Positions 25,301-37,229 of a stretch of DNA of 64,000 bases are shown one piece after another. Location of the stretch: the NCBI GenBank assembly GCA_965153285.1, contig OZ229114.1; one strand, written 5' to 3'. The position numbers and the translations under genes are program-made. This DNA comes from Podarcis tiliguerta. Lineage: Eukaryota. The notes under the pieces are model-generated. The model worked only from the letters and a program-made list of their open reading frames with translations, was not told the origin of the DNA and did not search any database. How positions within the stretch are numbered: the stretch's first letter is position 1; each line of letters starts with the position of its first letter.

Positions 25301-27088
25301 AAGTTGGTACTGAAGAAAACAAACTTTTATCAAAATGTCCAGCAGCTGAAAAAAGTGCCGATAAGACTGAACAAAAATCAGGGGCACAGTTTTTCACTTT
25401 GGAAGGCAGGCACCCTGACAGGACTGTGTTTCCTGATACATATTTCAGTTACAAAGTAGATGAAGAGTTTGCAACCCCTTTTAAGACAGTAGCTACTAAA
25501 AGCCTAGATTTTGACCCTTGGTCCAATAACCGTGGTGATGATGAAGTGTTTGAGTCCAAATCGAGGGATGACGAGGCTAAGCCTTTTGGCCTTGCTGTAG
25601 AAGACAGATCTCAAGCGACAACCCCAGATACGACTCCAGCCAGAACTCCAACTGATGAAAGTACACCAACTAGTGAGCCCAATCCCTTCCCGTTTCACGA
25701 AGGGAAGATGTTTGAGATGACTCGCAGTGGCGCAATTGACATGAGCAAGAGGGATTTTGTTGAAGAAAGACTCCAATTTTTTCAGATTGGTGAGCATACT
25801 TCTGAAGGGAAGTCAGGGGACAAGGGGGAAGGGGATAAAAATAAAGTCACTGCCATCACACAGCTGCAGTCAGGGGACAAAGCTGTAGGAAAAAACGTAG
25901 AGGGAGAAGTAGAAACACCAACAGTTGAATGTAAGCTCATCACCCAGGCCAGTGGAGATTGTACGGAAGCAACACCCGGTAGTAACTCCCTGGAGAAATC
26001 ATCGACCACTGTTAATGCTTCTAAAGTTGATCCCAAATTGCGCACACCTATTAAAATGGGAATTTCTGCTTCCGCCATGACGCTGAAGAAAGATGTCTCT
26101 GGAGAAGTGACAGATAAGCTAGAGGCTGTGACGCCAGGTGTTCAGGGGTTAGAATATGAAGCCATAGAGGAGGTTACAAGCCAGTCAATTGGTAGGGAAG
26201 CAGAAAAGCATGATTTCCAAAAAGATAATTTTAATAACAACAACAATTTGGACCCATCCGCTTTACCTAACAATAGCGTTACCTGTAAAGTAGTGCTAAA
26301 TGAACATTTTGAGCCTAAGTGTCCCACACAGAAAGCTACTCAATTGAAAAACACTTCAGGAAATGATACAGGTGCAACACAAGGACACTGTAAACCAAAA
26401 GTACACGGAGAACAGCAGAAGTCATCAGAGCCAGTAGGGAATAGAGCGAGATCAAAACTTCCCATAAAGGCTACCTCAGCAAAAGAAGCTATCCCACATA
26501 GCAGTAGCCAAGCCTGCAGAGTGAGTAAAGTCAGACAGGATAGTAAACTCGACAAAAGGAAACAAAACAGCTCTTTCCCACATGTAGAAGTAAGGTCTAA
26601 GATTCCTGTAAAAAATACACAAAGGCATAACTTAGCCATAGCTAGAAAGACACCAGCAGTTCAAAACCAAGAGCAGCTAGAGAGAAGCAAAGCCAAACCG
26701 CTTCCTTCTAAATTACCATTAAAGGTAAGATCTACCACCAGCACCTCTACCACCACCACCACCGCTGCAGCAGCAACAGTTAAAGTAAAGCAGAGTCAGC
26801 TTAGGGAGGTATGTAAACATTCTATTGAATATTTTAAGGGAATTAGTGGAGAGGCTTTAAAGCTTGTGGACCGCCTGTCTGATGAAGACAAAAGGTTGCA
26901 GTCAGAGGTGTCCGATGACGATGAAGAAGAAGACAGTACATCAAGAAACACGTCCCTGTCCGAAGCCACTCAAGTTTTCCAGCCTTCCATTACATCGAAG
27001 CCCGCTAGAGATATGAGAACAGAGGCAGCATCTTTAAAATCAAAGATTGAAAAGTCCGACAGTGAGAGGAGGAGGAGTAAGAGGACTG
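19379..27088 (+). CDS. ANK3: Ankyrin-3 giant neuronal exon (480-kDa isoform: Ser/Thr-rich domain plus tail), 7710 nt
   Basis: cag|TT GAA CGA (alternative aag acceptor gives start 19373) to ACT G|gtgaga. Uninterrupted frame, symmetric phase 1/1, with motifs EDEWVEFS, KLERIIEVHIEKG and ERLQFFQIG. Confidence 0.97.
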
Positions 27089-27749
27089 GTGAGAATGGAG
27101 GGAGTCAGGTTTCTGGAGCTCTCGTGGCTCACCTCGTGGAGATCAAGCCTAGTTTGTAAAACTTTCAACTTGTTGATCCTAGTGCATGAACTGTTGTGAT
27201 TGCCTGTGAAGTGACTTACTGTAGTTCTCATTCTGTCATTGTCATCTGTATGTGCTGTCTTTTATACTCTTCTTTCTTCCTTTAAGTGAAGCCTATACTA
27301 TAGACAGCTAGTGAAGCATGCTAAATACATTCATGTAATAGTTTAGGTCTTAGAAGACTTCATTTTGTGACAGCAAAAAAAAAAAAAAAAAACACCACCC
27401 CTCATTTTGTCAAACAGAGAAAACATTTTTTTTTCTTTAAGTACTGGTGGACTATTTTCCACCACCCCACCAGTAGTTAAAGCACTGTTGAACAGTTGAG
27501 TAGATAGATTGTTGGCATGTTTGGTTTCATTTACACAATTAACATCATGTAGTTTGACACGGCCTTATAAAGGTGGCATTTTTTTCAAATCTGTGACAAA
27601 TATATATTTATTTATTGTAGGTTTTAGGGCACTCAGTCATTTTAGCAATTGATCTGAGCACCAGTTAACATAGTACAATGTATTAAAATGCTGTTAGTGC
27701 TAAGAATTCTTTCACAGCACCTTTTTAATCAATAAATTATAAATCACAG

Positions 27750-27824
27750 GTCCACAGAGTCCATGTGAACGGACAGATATAAGGATGGCAATAGTGGCCG
27801 ATCACCTGGGACTTAGTTGGACGG
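27750..27824 (+). CDS. ANK3: Ankyrin-3 death-domain exon 1 (PQSPCERTDIRMAIVADHLGLSWT)
   Basis: cag|GT..G|gtaaga, 75 nt, phase 1/1. Confidence 0.97.
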
Positions 27825-27991
27825 GTAAGAATTTCTTTTGATACCCAGCTGAGGGTGTGTATGTGTGTGTGTTAGAGTGCAGTTTAGTCCTCAGGGCATC
27901 TTTTGTCTTCAGAAAAAGAGGGATACAGTAGACAAGCAAGATTGCAATAGGTCTTTATGAAATGTGCTTTAGTAGTACTTATATTATAAAA

Positions 27992-28067
27992 TTTCCATAA
28001 ACACGGTTTATGGAAGACAGTCTTACTTGGCTATGAGTGATCACCAAAGAAGAAGAAGAAGAAGAAG
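27992..28067 (+). mobile_element. Very short 3' end of a non-LTR retroposon with (GAA)n tail
   Basis: TSD ATTATAAAA at 27983-27991 and 28068-28076; a second copy of the same core lies at ~53985-54035. Confidence 0.7.
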
Positions 28068-29130
28068 ATTATAAAACTGGTGTTTATAAAGCATTTGTGA
28101 CATATGTATCCCATCATTTCTTCAGGGAGCTAAGTCTGATGTGGCAGCCACACAACCACCCTGTGCAATCAGTTAACATGATAGTAACCTGGTCAGGACA
28201 CCCCTATCGAGCTTCATAGCATTAGGTGGCCAAGCAGGAAACTTAGTCTTGAGACCATCACATGTTGCATGGGTTTTTTTCTCCACAATTTTGTTACCTC
28301 ATTATCTCTAGAATCCACTGCATCGGTCCTGTCTCCTCACAGGCCTCAGATATGGTAGGGTGGGTAGAGGTTAACAAGGTTTATTCTTCCTCATCTGTCC
28401 TGTAGAAATGTAAGAAATAAATACTTTTGAAGTAGCACAAAGGCCCTTTTGATAAAGACCTCTCTCCAAAGCAAAGCCAGTGAGTTAGACTTCTCTTCAT
28501 TCTCACCAACTAGTATTGTAATATAGGCACTAAAAGTTGTGTGGCTGCCAGAAAGGATCTTGACTGCACATGGGGCATCCAGGGCCATGAGAGGCATTGG
28601 TGGCCGCCATGCTGCCTTGGCAATAAGGCAGCTGACCAGTCTGGCTCAGTCCCCTTCCTGCTCCTCAAGGAGCAGGCAGATCTCCTGACATGCCCCTCTT
28701 GTCCATTGTTGACAAAAGAATGGAGCTCTCATTGCTGCCTTCTCCTGCTTCCTCCTACATACCCCAGGCATGTCAGAAATATTTTATAGCTTTGTATACC
28801 ATATTTGACAGTTTGGATTCAAAGTATTCTGTATGAGAGTAGAAGATACCTGTTTGCACTTTGAAGACTCTTTGTGTGTCTGCTTTGGCCATTTTCCCTC
28901 TCTCTGACTGCAGTTCTCTTGCTACATCATATACCTTTCCAGAGATTTATCTGAGTCTTCAGGGTAACTTACAACATGAGGAGGTGAAGACAAGAAAGCC
29001 CTGGTGCCTGCATAAAACACCAGCTGCAGTTCTTTGAGTTGAAGCCAATGTGTTGCTATGCCACATAGTAATTGTGAGGTCATCAGTGATTGTCTACCTG
29101 ACTGGAAGCCTGATTTAGTCCTATTAGAAC

Positions 29131-29260
29131 AGACTTCCTCAGCCTGCTGCTGATGTTTTGGAACACAACTCCCATCATCCCTGACAGTTGGCCATGCCGG
29201 CTAGGGTTGCCGAGAGGTGTAGTCTGAAAAACCTAGAGAGCAGCAGGTTGGAGAAGGCTA
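29131..29260. mobile_element. Degenerate hAT-type MITE
   Basis: ACAACTCCCATCATCCCTG core with imperfect inverted arms, related to 49877-50002. Confidence 0.55.
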
Positions 29261-29588
29261 TATTTAGACACAGCAGGAAACTTGGGAAACTGTGCAACCT
29301 CTTGACCTCCTTTGGGTGGGGTAAGTGGAGGAATATATAAATGCCGTTTGTAGAACTGGTGAAGGAAGGATACAGCCCAAAGCTCTACAAACAGTGGTTT
29401 CAGACAGCAGGATGAAATGATACCTGCTCTCTCAGAGGACTTTCTCCTTTCCGATTTCTATGACATGTTACACTGAAAAGGCAGAAATCTGAACCAAACT
29501 TGGTTTTTCCATGTGTGACCTGATGAACAGAGTTTTCAAAATAAACTTTGTTATCTCTCTCTTCCCTCCATTTTCCCCCATGTTATAG

Positions 29589-29720
29589 AACTGGCAAGAG
29601 AGCTGAATTTTTCTGTTGATGAAATTAATCAAATCCGGGTAGAAAACCCAAACTCTTTGATTGCTCAGAGCTTCATGTTGTTAAAGAAATGGGTGACCAG
29701 AGATGGGAAAAATGCTACAA
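29589..29720 (+). CDS. ANK3: Ankyrin-3 death-domain exon 2 ([21 protein letters not shown]...DGKNAT)
   Basis: tag|AA..A|gtaagt, 132 nt, phase 1/1. Confidence 0.97.
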
Positions 29721-30020
29721 GTAAGTTTCATAATTATTATTGTTTTAAGTATGTAGAAGTCCATATTTTGCTGAACTTCATACACAGACTAGACCCATCA
29801 CTTAATGACTGTAACCTCAACTAGTATGTGAGAATAAAATGCCACAGATCAAAAACTATAGATATAATTTTCAACTCATACATTCATTCATACATTTCAA
29901 TTCATGCATTCAGCTGTGGGTCATCAAGTTTTGGGAAGTCAAGGAATAAGGAATTTGCATGCATGGATCTGTCTGGATAGGCTTAAAACAACACAATCTC
30001 ACAGTGAGAACATATGAACA

Positions 30021-30178
30021 GATGAAACTGCCATATTGAGTCAGACTATTGATCCTTCTAGTCCAGCATTGCCAACTGTAACTGGCAGTAGCTCACCATA
30101 AGTCTTTCTAGCCCTAAGTAGAGAGCTGGGACCTTCTGTGTGCAAACCATGTGTTCCCCTACTGAGCCATAGCCCTTT
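30021..30178 (-). mobile_element. Degenerate squamate tRNA-derived SINE
   Basis: Reverse strand reads GGGCTATGGCTCAGTAGG..TTGCACACAGAAGGTCCCAG, a tRNA-like A-box head. Confidence 0.6.
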
Positions 30179-30569
30179 CCCAAAGTAGTTCCATGCACAT
30201 ACAATGCACTGAGGAGAATGCTGCCCACTGTTTTAGAGATTGTGATAAGGCATGGCTATGGGAGGTACTGCATGGCAATAGAATTATTCCATTTTTACAG
30301 TAGCGTGCACTTATACACAGAGTATTGACGAAGAGCTGATTTGTGCTTTATAGGCACTCTACGACACCAGTATTCGCTATGGTAGATACGCTATGGTAGA
30401 GACACATGTCTCTAAACACTTGGGAACGTGCACTGGAAAGTAGAGACTGGTTGATTGAATCTACTGCATGCATAATAACGTTACTGTTGCAACCACTGGC
30501 CATACTCATAGACAGTTACAAATTTCAGTTATGAAATACTTTTCATCTATTTTGTTCTTCCTTCCACAG

Positions 30570-30713
30570 CTGATGCCTTAACCTCTATATTGACAAAAAT
30601 CAATCGGATTGACATTGTAACTTTGTTGGAAGGACCAATATTTGATTATGGAAACATTTCAGGCACCAGAAGCTTTGCAGATGAAAATAATGTTTTCCAT
30701 GATCCTGTTGATG
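30570..30713 (+). CDS. ANK3: Ankyrin-3 death-domain exon 3 (TDALTSILTKINRIDIV...FHDPVD)
   Basis: cag|CT..G|gtaact, 144 nt, phase 1/1. Confidence 0.97.
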
Positions 30714-32185
30714 GTAACTGAATTTGCTTCATTTTGACCAATATTTATCCACACAGGAAGGTCTTTTCATCTAATAACATAAACTATGCAAGATGATACT
30801 GTTGCAAATAAAATATATATTTATTTATCTCAAATATTAAAAAAATCAGGGTATGTATCAATGAACACTTCAGAGTTGTTTGGCTCTATTAACTTAATTT
30901 GAACTCAGTCTAAAATTACTGTGAAATTGTTCCCTTTGGTAAAATTACAACTGTTTATTGTTTCTTTACATTCTAAAATTACCCTAATGGGATAATGAAA
31001 TTCTGGTACTCTAATCAATGCCCAGATTTATGCTGAGATTTAACTTCAATTTTTGTTCTTCAACTGTAAAGGCTTTTATTGAGCAAATAGATATATAAAT
31101 GAATCTGTACTACTGATCAGGTGCTAAAAACTAATTCTGACTTTGAAGATACATTAAGCTGCTTTCCAAATACTTCCTTTTTTGTTTTGTTTTGTAAGCT
31201 ATGTTCTTCTAAACACTATGAAAGTCTCCCTTTTTCTTGTATTTTATTCAAACACATGCTGTTTTTGCTGCCTTCTGCAAGGATTTTCTGGCTGTGTGCA
31301 GCGCTTATGAGCTTAATTCATCCCCAAGCAACATTCTTCACCGCATTGCAGAAATTAAAATTCTGTGGACATTTTAAGAAGTTTTCTCTTGAAATGTTGC
31401 TTGTGCCTTTTAATCAGAGACAAGTATCTTTTCTACAAAGAGAATGTGCTTCTCTGTGTTGCTGTCTATCCTTCCTCTCCTCTGAACCTTCCTCAAGCTT
31501 CCTGTCCTCACCAAGACCAGACTACCTTTTAACTTTCTCTCAGTTGATTCAGTTGCAGAACTCGGAGACATTAGTGCACATTGCTCTCCAGGCAGCACAA
31601 TGTAATGCTGATCTCTCTCCCCATCCCAGCCTTTCATCAGCTCATCAACTTAATATTTACCTCTGAGAATATGGTTTACAGTTCACTGTCATTTCATTTG
31701 TCTATGTTCAAGTCTAACTGCCAGAGCAGGGATGGTCAAACTCTGTATTCCTGGGGGCTGCTCCATTCACCAGCTGCTACTCTGGGCTTTGGGAGTACTT
31801 TTCACAGAACCAAGCAGACCTCATTATGGATAATCAGGCTTCATAGCAAAGCTAGCAGTAAGGGCTCTATAGGTATGGAGCATTCACGTTCGGGTGGCAA
31901 AAGATCATTAATTGCTGGGTGGAGGAAGTAATGTCCTTCCAGAAAGATTTTGTCATGAGGCTGATTGGTAGCTTGCTTTTGCCTTTTCTGGATGCTCTTA
32001 ATACACTAAATTCTACATGCAATATCCTTTGGGCAATTGTTTGTACCACACATTTATTAAAATTGGGGAGGTACTTCAGGGCTGATCAGGCTCACAGGTC
32101 TCCAGCGGGTCATCCCTGTTCTGGATAATTATTGTTCTCTCTTTTTTGTTGCTTATGTTTTTCTTTTTTCTCTTTATTCAATCAG

Positions 32186-32304
32186 TGTTTCTGATTGTAC
32201 CCATGTCACCAAGATCGCCTCAGTCTCCAAGATCACCAAGATCTCCTTATTCATCACAATCCTCTCATCTCTGTAGTTTTACTGTTCCCGAAATTTATAT
32301 CTAG
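32186..32304 (+). CDS. ANK3: Candidate alternative ANK3 exon, VFLIVPMSPRSPQSPRSPRSPYSSQSSHLCSFTVPEIYI*
   Basis: Pyrimidine tract of ~50 nt ending in cag at 32183-32185; in frame with the phase-1 donor at 30713; TAG at 32302-32304. Confidence 0.45.
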
Positions 32305-32985
32305 ATCCTCCCTACCCTGTAGTTTTTGTTTTAGATTTTGCCTCTACAGTCTCTGAGAATATGCTATACTTTTTTGTCCTCTTTAAGGTTCATTTCCCTA
32401 TTTCTAACAACTGCGTTATCATGATGCAGTGATTAAAGCTGAAGTATCTACAGATGATATTTCACATTTGTAATGGTATAAAGCCAAGTAGTTTTATCTT
32501 TTGGAAACTGGATGATAAAAATGTACAACAATTTTTAAGAAAACCTGGCTGTCTTGCTTTATAACATAATTCATTACATTTAAACTTTTTGAGTAAATCC
32601 AAATACAAGCAGAAAAGTTATTTTGCCACAAAATACCACTCTTGATATAAAAAGACAGCAAGCAGCAATCCAGATTCAGTCCATTTGCTATTGAGAAAAG
32701 AAATATAATACTACTGAAATTACTGGAAAACCAGTAATTGAAAAATTGCAACCATGTGTGCTGTAGGCCAATAGTAATAAGCTGTGCTATATTAGCCATT
32801 TCATCTACTTTGGTTTTGTTGCATTCTTTAAGGATGTTACATTCATTATTACATTCCTAATTAAAGTGTTGTTACCATTTCATACATTTTCCACATTTTA
32901 CATAATTAACTGGCCACTCTGCATGCTTGATTATATGTCACTCCATACTTCATTGCAATCAGTCCAAATGTGCTGTCTTCCGTAG

Positions 32986-33643
32986 GTTATCCCAACATCC
33001 AAGTGGAACTGGAAACTCCCACTGGGTTGCGCTTCGTGCCACCCACCCCTTCCCAGCAAGATGATTTCTTTAGTGATTTCTCTAGCATAGAGTCACCCCT
33101 TAGAACTCCCAGTAGACTGAGTGACGTGTTAGTAACTCCACAGGGAAACATAGATGATACAGCAGCAGAACCTCCAGTGGTGACTGAAGAAGACACTTCA
33201 CTGGAAGACGGCAAACACGATTTCTCAGTGCCTAGAGAAGGAGCATCTAAAGATGTAGGCCAGATCCAATTGGATGAAATGGACTTTAATGATTACCCAC
33301 GCTATCTTGGTAGTTATGCCGAGGTACCAAAACAAAAGCTAAGCCAAGAGACTAGTCCAACTTTAGTGAGAACTGAGCAGCAGGAGAGAGAAAAGTCTGG
33401 TACTGATGAGATGACGGAAGAAAAGCTTAAATCTCTGTTTGAAGACATTCACCTTGACGAAGTAGTTGAGTCTGAGGAGATGACAGAAGAAAAAGTCTTG
33501 TCTATTCTTAAGTATGTGCAGCAGGCAGAACAGGAACTGTCTTCAATTACAGGTTGGCAGAGTGAGGCCTCCAGCGTCAATGTGGAGCCGCCAACACCAG
33601 GACGCAGAATAAGCGGTGAATTGCTGGATCGACTAGATGACAG
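32986..33643 (+). CDS. ANK3: Ankyrin-3 C-terminal regulatory exon with alternative acidic insert (GYPNIQVELETPTG...GWQSE...LDRLDD)
   Basis: tag|GT TAT; internal in-phase acceptor cag|GT TGG at 33553; donor AG|gtatga. Confidence 0.92.
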
Positions 33644-34203
33644 GTATGAAAGTGCTCAACTAACCAAGTATTCTCATTTTGAAAACACTTATGACTTTTT
33701 CCCCCAAACCCATGGTCATTGTATTTCTAGATGAAGTACCTATATAATGTTTATGTAAGTAAGCAGCAATCCAGATTATAAGGCACCGATATTCTTAAGG
33801 CAAATTTACAGTATGGCATTTAAAACAGTGAAATCCCAAACACTGTTAAGATTGGGGGGGGGGTGCACAATAAAATCAGGCTTAGAACAGAATTGGCAGC
33901 AGGAAATACATAAGCCTAGTTCCCAAAGGAACAGAAGAATATTTGACCACTTTTCCAATTTCGAAAAAAGTAAAGTAAAAGTTGCACAGGCCTCCTGGAG
34001 AGAGGATGGGTATACTGAAGTCCCAGAGCAGTGACAAAAAAACCTGATCCTCCTCTTTTTGCATTTGCATTGGATGCTAATGCAAAATCCAAAGGTGATT
34101 ATACTTTTAGGAGGGTCTTGTTAGCTGATCTCAATACTCTGGGCAGGGAGGAAAATTATGTACGGGGATATGCTTCCTGAAATAATCAAGGGCTAAAAGA
34201 TCA

Positions 34204-34327
34204 TGCTGTCCACATGACCCGGAAGCTGTACGCCACCTCCCTCGGCCAATAAAGCGAAATGAGCGCTGCAACCCCAGAGTCAGTCACGACTGGACCTAAT
34301 GGTCAGGGGCCCCTTTACCTTTACCTT
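34204..34327 (+). mobile_element. Sauria-type SINE 3' fragment
   Basis: Reverse complement of the tail end of the 6159-6502 element; ACCTTT tail; TSD TAAAAGATCA at 34194-34203 and 34328-34337. Confidence 0.88.
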
Positions 34328-34897
34328 TAAAAGATCAAAACCAGCACTGGTAAAATGCTAATTAGCCATACTGGCATATGAATCTTCCTTATGCTATTAA
34401 CAATCGAGCACACTGTTGGCAGCTACCATCCAAGGTCTTGGGGGCAAATGCTTTTCCTACACCTGCTTACTGAAATCCTTTTAAGAGGAATTGTAAGTCA
34501 CTAAACCTGGGACATTTTGCATGCCAAATTTATTGCAGAGCTATACTCCCTCCCACTGTACTTGATGGAAAGCTCTAGTCTGAATTGTGTGTTAAGCACA
34601 CACACAAACTTTATTCTGCTCTTTGTTTGAGAAACCAAAACAGCAGAGCTTCCTTTGCCTTCAGTTCACCATTAAATTTTCTCTGAGCCATAGAAGCTCA
34701 TTGGTAGATATTGAGCCTTTGGTGCATATTCTCATTCTCAGCCTAACCGGCCTCACAGGTTTTTTGTGAAGAAAATATTTAGCCATATATGTCACCCTGA
34801 ACTCCTTGGAGGAGGAAGGGTGGGACAGAAGTACAACACATAAATTAACACTTATCCGTTTTCCAGTGCTTGATCATGTTTCCTTTGTCTCTTGTAG

Positions 34898-35276
34898 CCC
34901 TGACCAGTGTAGAGATTCTATTACCTCATATCTCAAAGGAGAAGCAGGAAAGTTGGAAACCAATGGAAGCTACTCAGAATCTACAACAGAAGCAAAGACT
35001 AAGCCTTTCGTTCAGGAGTCTGCAAAGAGCCTAGGAAAACAGAGCGACAAGGAAACTGTGAAACCAAAAACGCAAAGTTCTCTCCGAACTGAGCAGCAAA
35101 CCATCTCATTAACGTCGCATCAGAAATCTTTGCAAGAGGCAAGCAAGCCAGCAGTCGATACACCTAAAACCTCTGTGCCTGTCAGCATGAAAAAGACAAG
35201 CTGGAATACTTCCGATGACAGCAAGCTGAGACCAAAAGCCCAGGAAGAGGAAGGAGCAACATCGTCCGAACAAAAG
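34898..35276 (+). CDS. ANK3: Ankyrin-3 C-terminal exon (SPDQCRDSITSYLKGEAGK...SSEQK)
   Basis: tag|C..AAG|gtata, 379 nt, phase 2 to phase 0. Confidence 0.95.
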
Positions 35277-36758
35277 GTATAAATGCCATCTGCCTTACTT
35301 TGTGTGGGAGTTTTCATTCTTAATTCAGCTAAAGCATTGTGAATATAGAATGAACTTCCCTCTGTGGCTTCCCTTTTATATTTCTCCCCAAAAACTTCCC
35401 AGCTAGGGCCAACCATGCAGTGCTGAAACTTCAGTTTAGAGAGCAACAGAGTTTAGTGATCTCCTCTCTCTTATGCAGACTCCATCCCTCTCATCAGCCA
35501 CTTTAAAAGCCTCGCTTAAACCCATGTTTAAGCTTTCCTTGAAATGAAAGCAGAGAAGCAACTTTTTGTCTGGATTGTGGTGAGGGTGCAGGAAGAAATG
35601 ATGGGGGTGATTTTGAGCCTGCTCAAAAAACTGCCAAGGGTCCCTTCTGAGAATCTGGCATTTGCCCAAAAATGGGTTTAAAAAACCCAACTCTCAATAA
35701 ATCTTTCTGAACCAAGGAATGTGTGTGCATGCTGCTCACTGTTGGCAGTGGAGAGCAGCATGCAGCTACTGAAAGTTAGGTCACTGAAGGAAGCTCTGTG
35801 ATGGAATCAAGGCTCTTGCTCAGCCCCAAACCTATTTTGGAGTCTGGTCAAGGGACCTCAGAGGTCTAGTGCCCCATCAGGAGAACCCTCTAGACATGAA
35901 GCCAGCACCCCATGAGTCCTGCTGGCCACCCAGGTCCATAGACTCAGCATTAGAGAGGACTCTGAGGAAGCCTACATAAAGGACTATGGTTGTGGTGCCA
36001 AGCTCTCCAGGATCCTCTTGCCAGTCAGTTGAGACAGCCACGGGAGCAGATGGAAGGCAAAAAAATTAAAATGCTCTTTACTCTCTTCTCTACCCTCTGT
36101 CGCAAGCTCCTTGTGGGCTTCTACTTAGAATCATAGAATTATTTCTGCTAATATTCTTCAGTCTTTTGGCTTTTTGTATTGCTTCTGCAAACCGTGGTTT
36201 GCAAATGAGGAGCCAGCCACAAGAGCCTTCCCATGCCCTTCCTCCTTCCCTGTAGCCCTGAATATTCCTAAACAAGAGTCTCCACTTAACCAGAATTTGA
36301 AACCCTGGTCTTGTGCCCAACCCCTGATATACAATCAATGGTTTGCTGATGTAATATACTTGAGATCAACAAGGAACAAGAGGGGGGAAATGTGCAGCGG
36401 AAGTGGGAAGGGAGTACATGTTCCCAAGGGTGTGCCTCCCTGTCAGTAAACTATTGTTTGCATGTAGCCTGCCAAGCATTAATGGCTATGCCAGGCTATA
36501 CCTGTACAAACCTGTGATGTATTTTGAAATATTTTTAAGGCCGCTCTGCATGCAGAATGCCTACCTCACTTGTGGACATGGCAAAATGCTCCTGAAATAT
36601 TACCTACCCTGAAAGCAAGATTGCAGACATTCCCCCCTATGGTATTTTTCAGGATGAACTAATGTTGGGTATAACCATTTTCCCCCTCTATTCCTGCTCA
36701 GATTCATGTTTGTCTTTTAAATGAGCTGGTAAATTGTACTAAAAACTGCATTTATCAG

Positions 36759-36869
36759 GAGTATAGTGAGAGTGACAGTGACAGTGACATTGAGATTCAG
36801 AGTGATTCAAGCTCAGATGAAGAACAGAGAATCACTACAAGGGTTTATCGGCGACGTTTGATTCTGAAG
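36759..36869 (+). CDS. ANK3: Ankyrin-3 muscle-type alternative exon (EYSESDSDSD...ITTRVYRRRLILK)
   Basis: cag|GAG..AAG|gtatcg, 111 nt, phase 0/0; TTRV.RRR.I.K motif of the ankyrin obscurin/titin-binding-related region. Confidence 0.85.
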
Positions 36870-37229
36870 GTATCGCATGACTGTAGTTCCCACTGGCATG
36901 GAGTTGGGTTTTGGACTGCAGTACTAATAGTGTACACATTATACTCCTTCTCTTGGTGTGGTATGTATTTCATAACTGATGGCAGCCCCTTGTATAATCT
37001 TAAGACTTGTGGTGGAAAACAACCAAATTGCACGATGGGTATCCTTTGGTAATCCCACAGTGTGCAGCATGACTTTGCCTCTATAGGTGCACTTTGACTA
37101 AATATACACAAATACCGCTCAGTATAGTGAAATTATAAACTGGATCGACAGCAGTTTTGCAACTATGACCATTATAGCTTGGCTAGTAACAACGGTGAAA
37201 GATATATGAATTCTGATTTTGAAGCTGAA

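Noticed and set aside
27089-27159. ORF-track C-terminal extension of the giant ORF (ENGGSQ...IKPSL*)
   Set aside because: Read-through past a good donor at 27088; there is no evidence for intron retention.
19455-27231. Antisense ORFs within the giant exon (e.g. 234 aa at 19455-20159)
   Set aside because: Shadow frames of a Ser/Thr/Pro-rich coding strand, with no recognisable protein features or start context.
31121-31666. 181-aa intronic ORF and several nearby AG acceptors
   Set aside because: Low-complexity F/L/S/C composition from pyrimidine-rich DNA; no convincing acceptor-donor pair.
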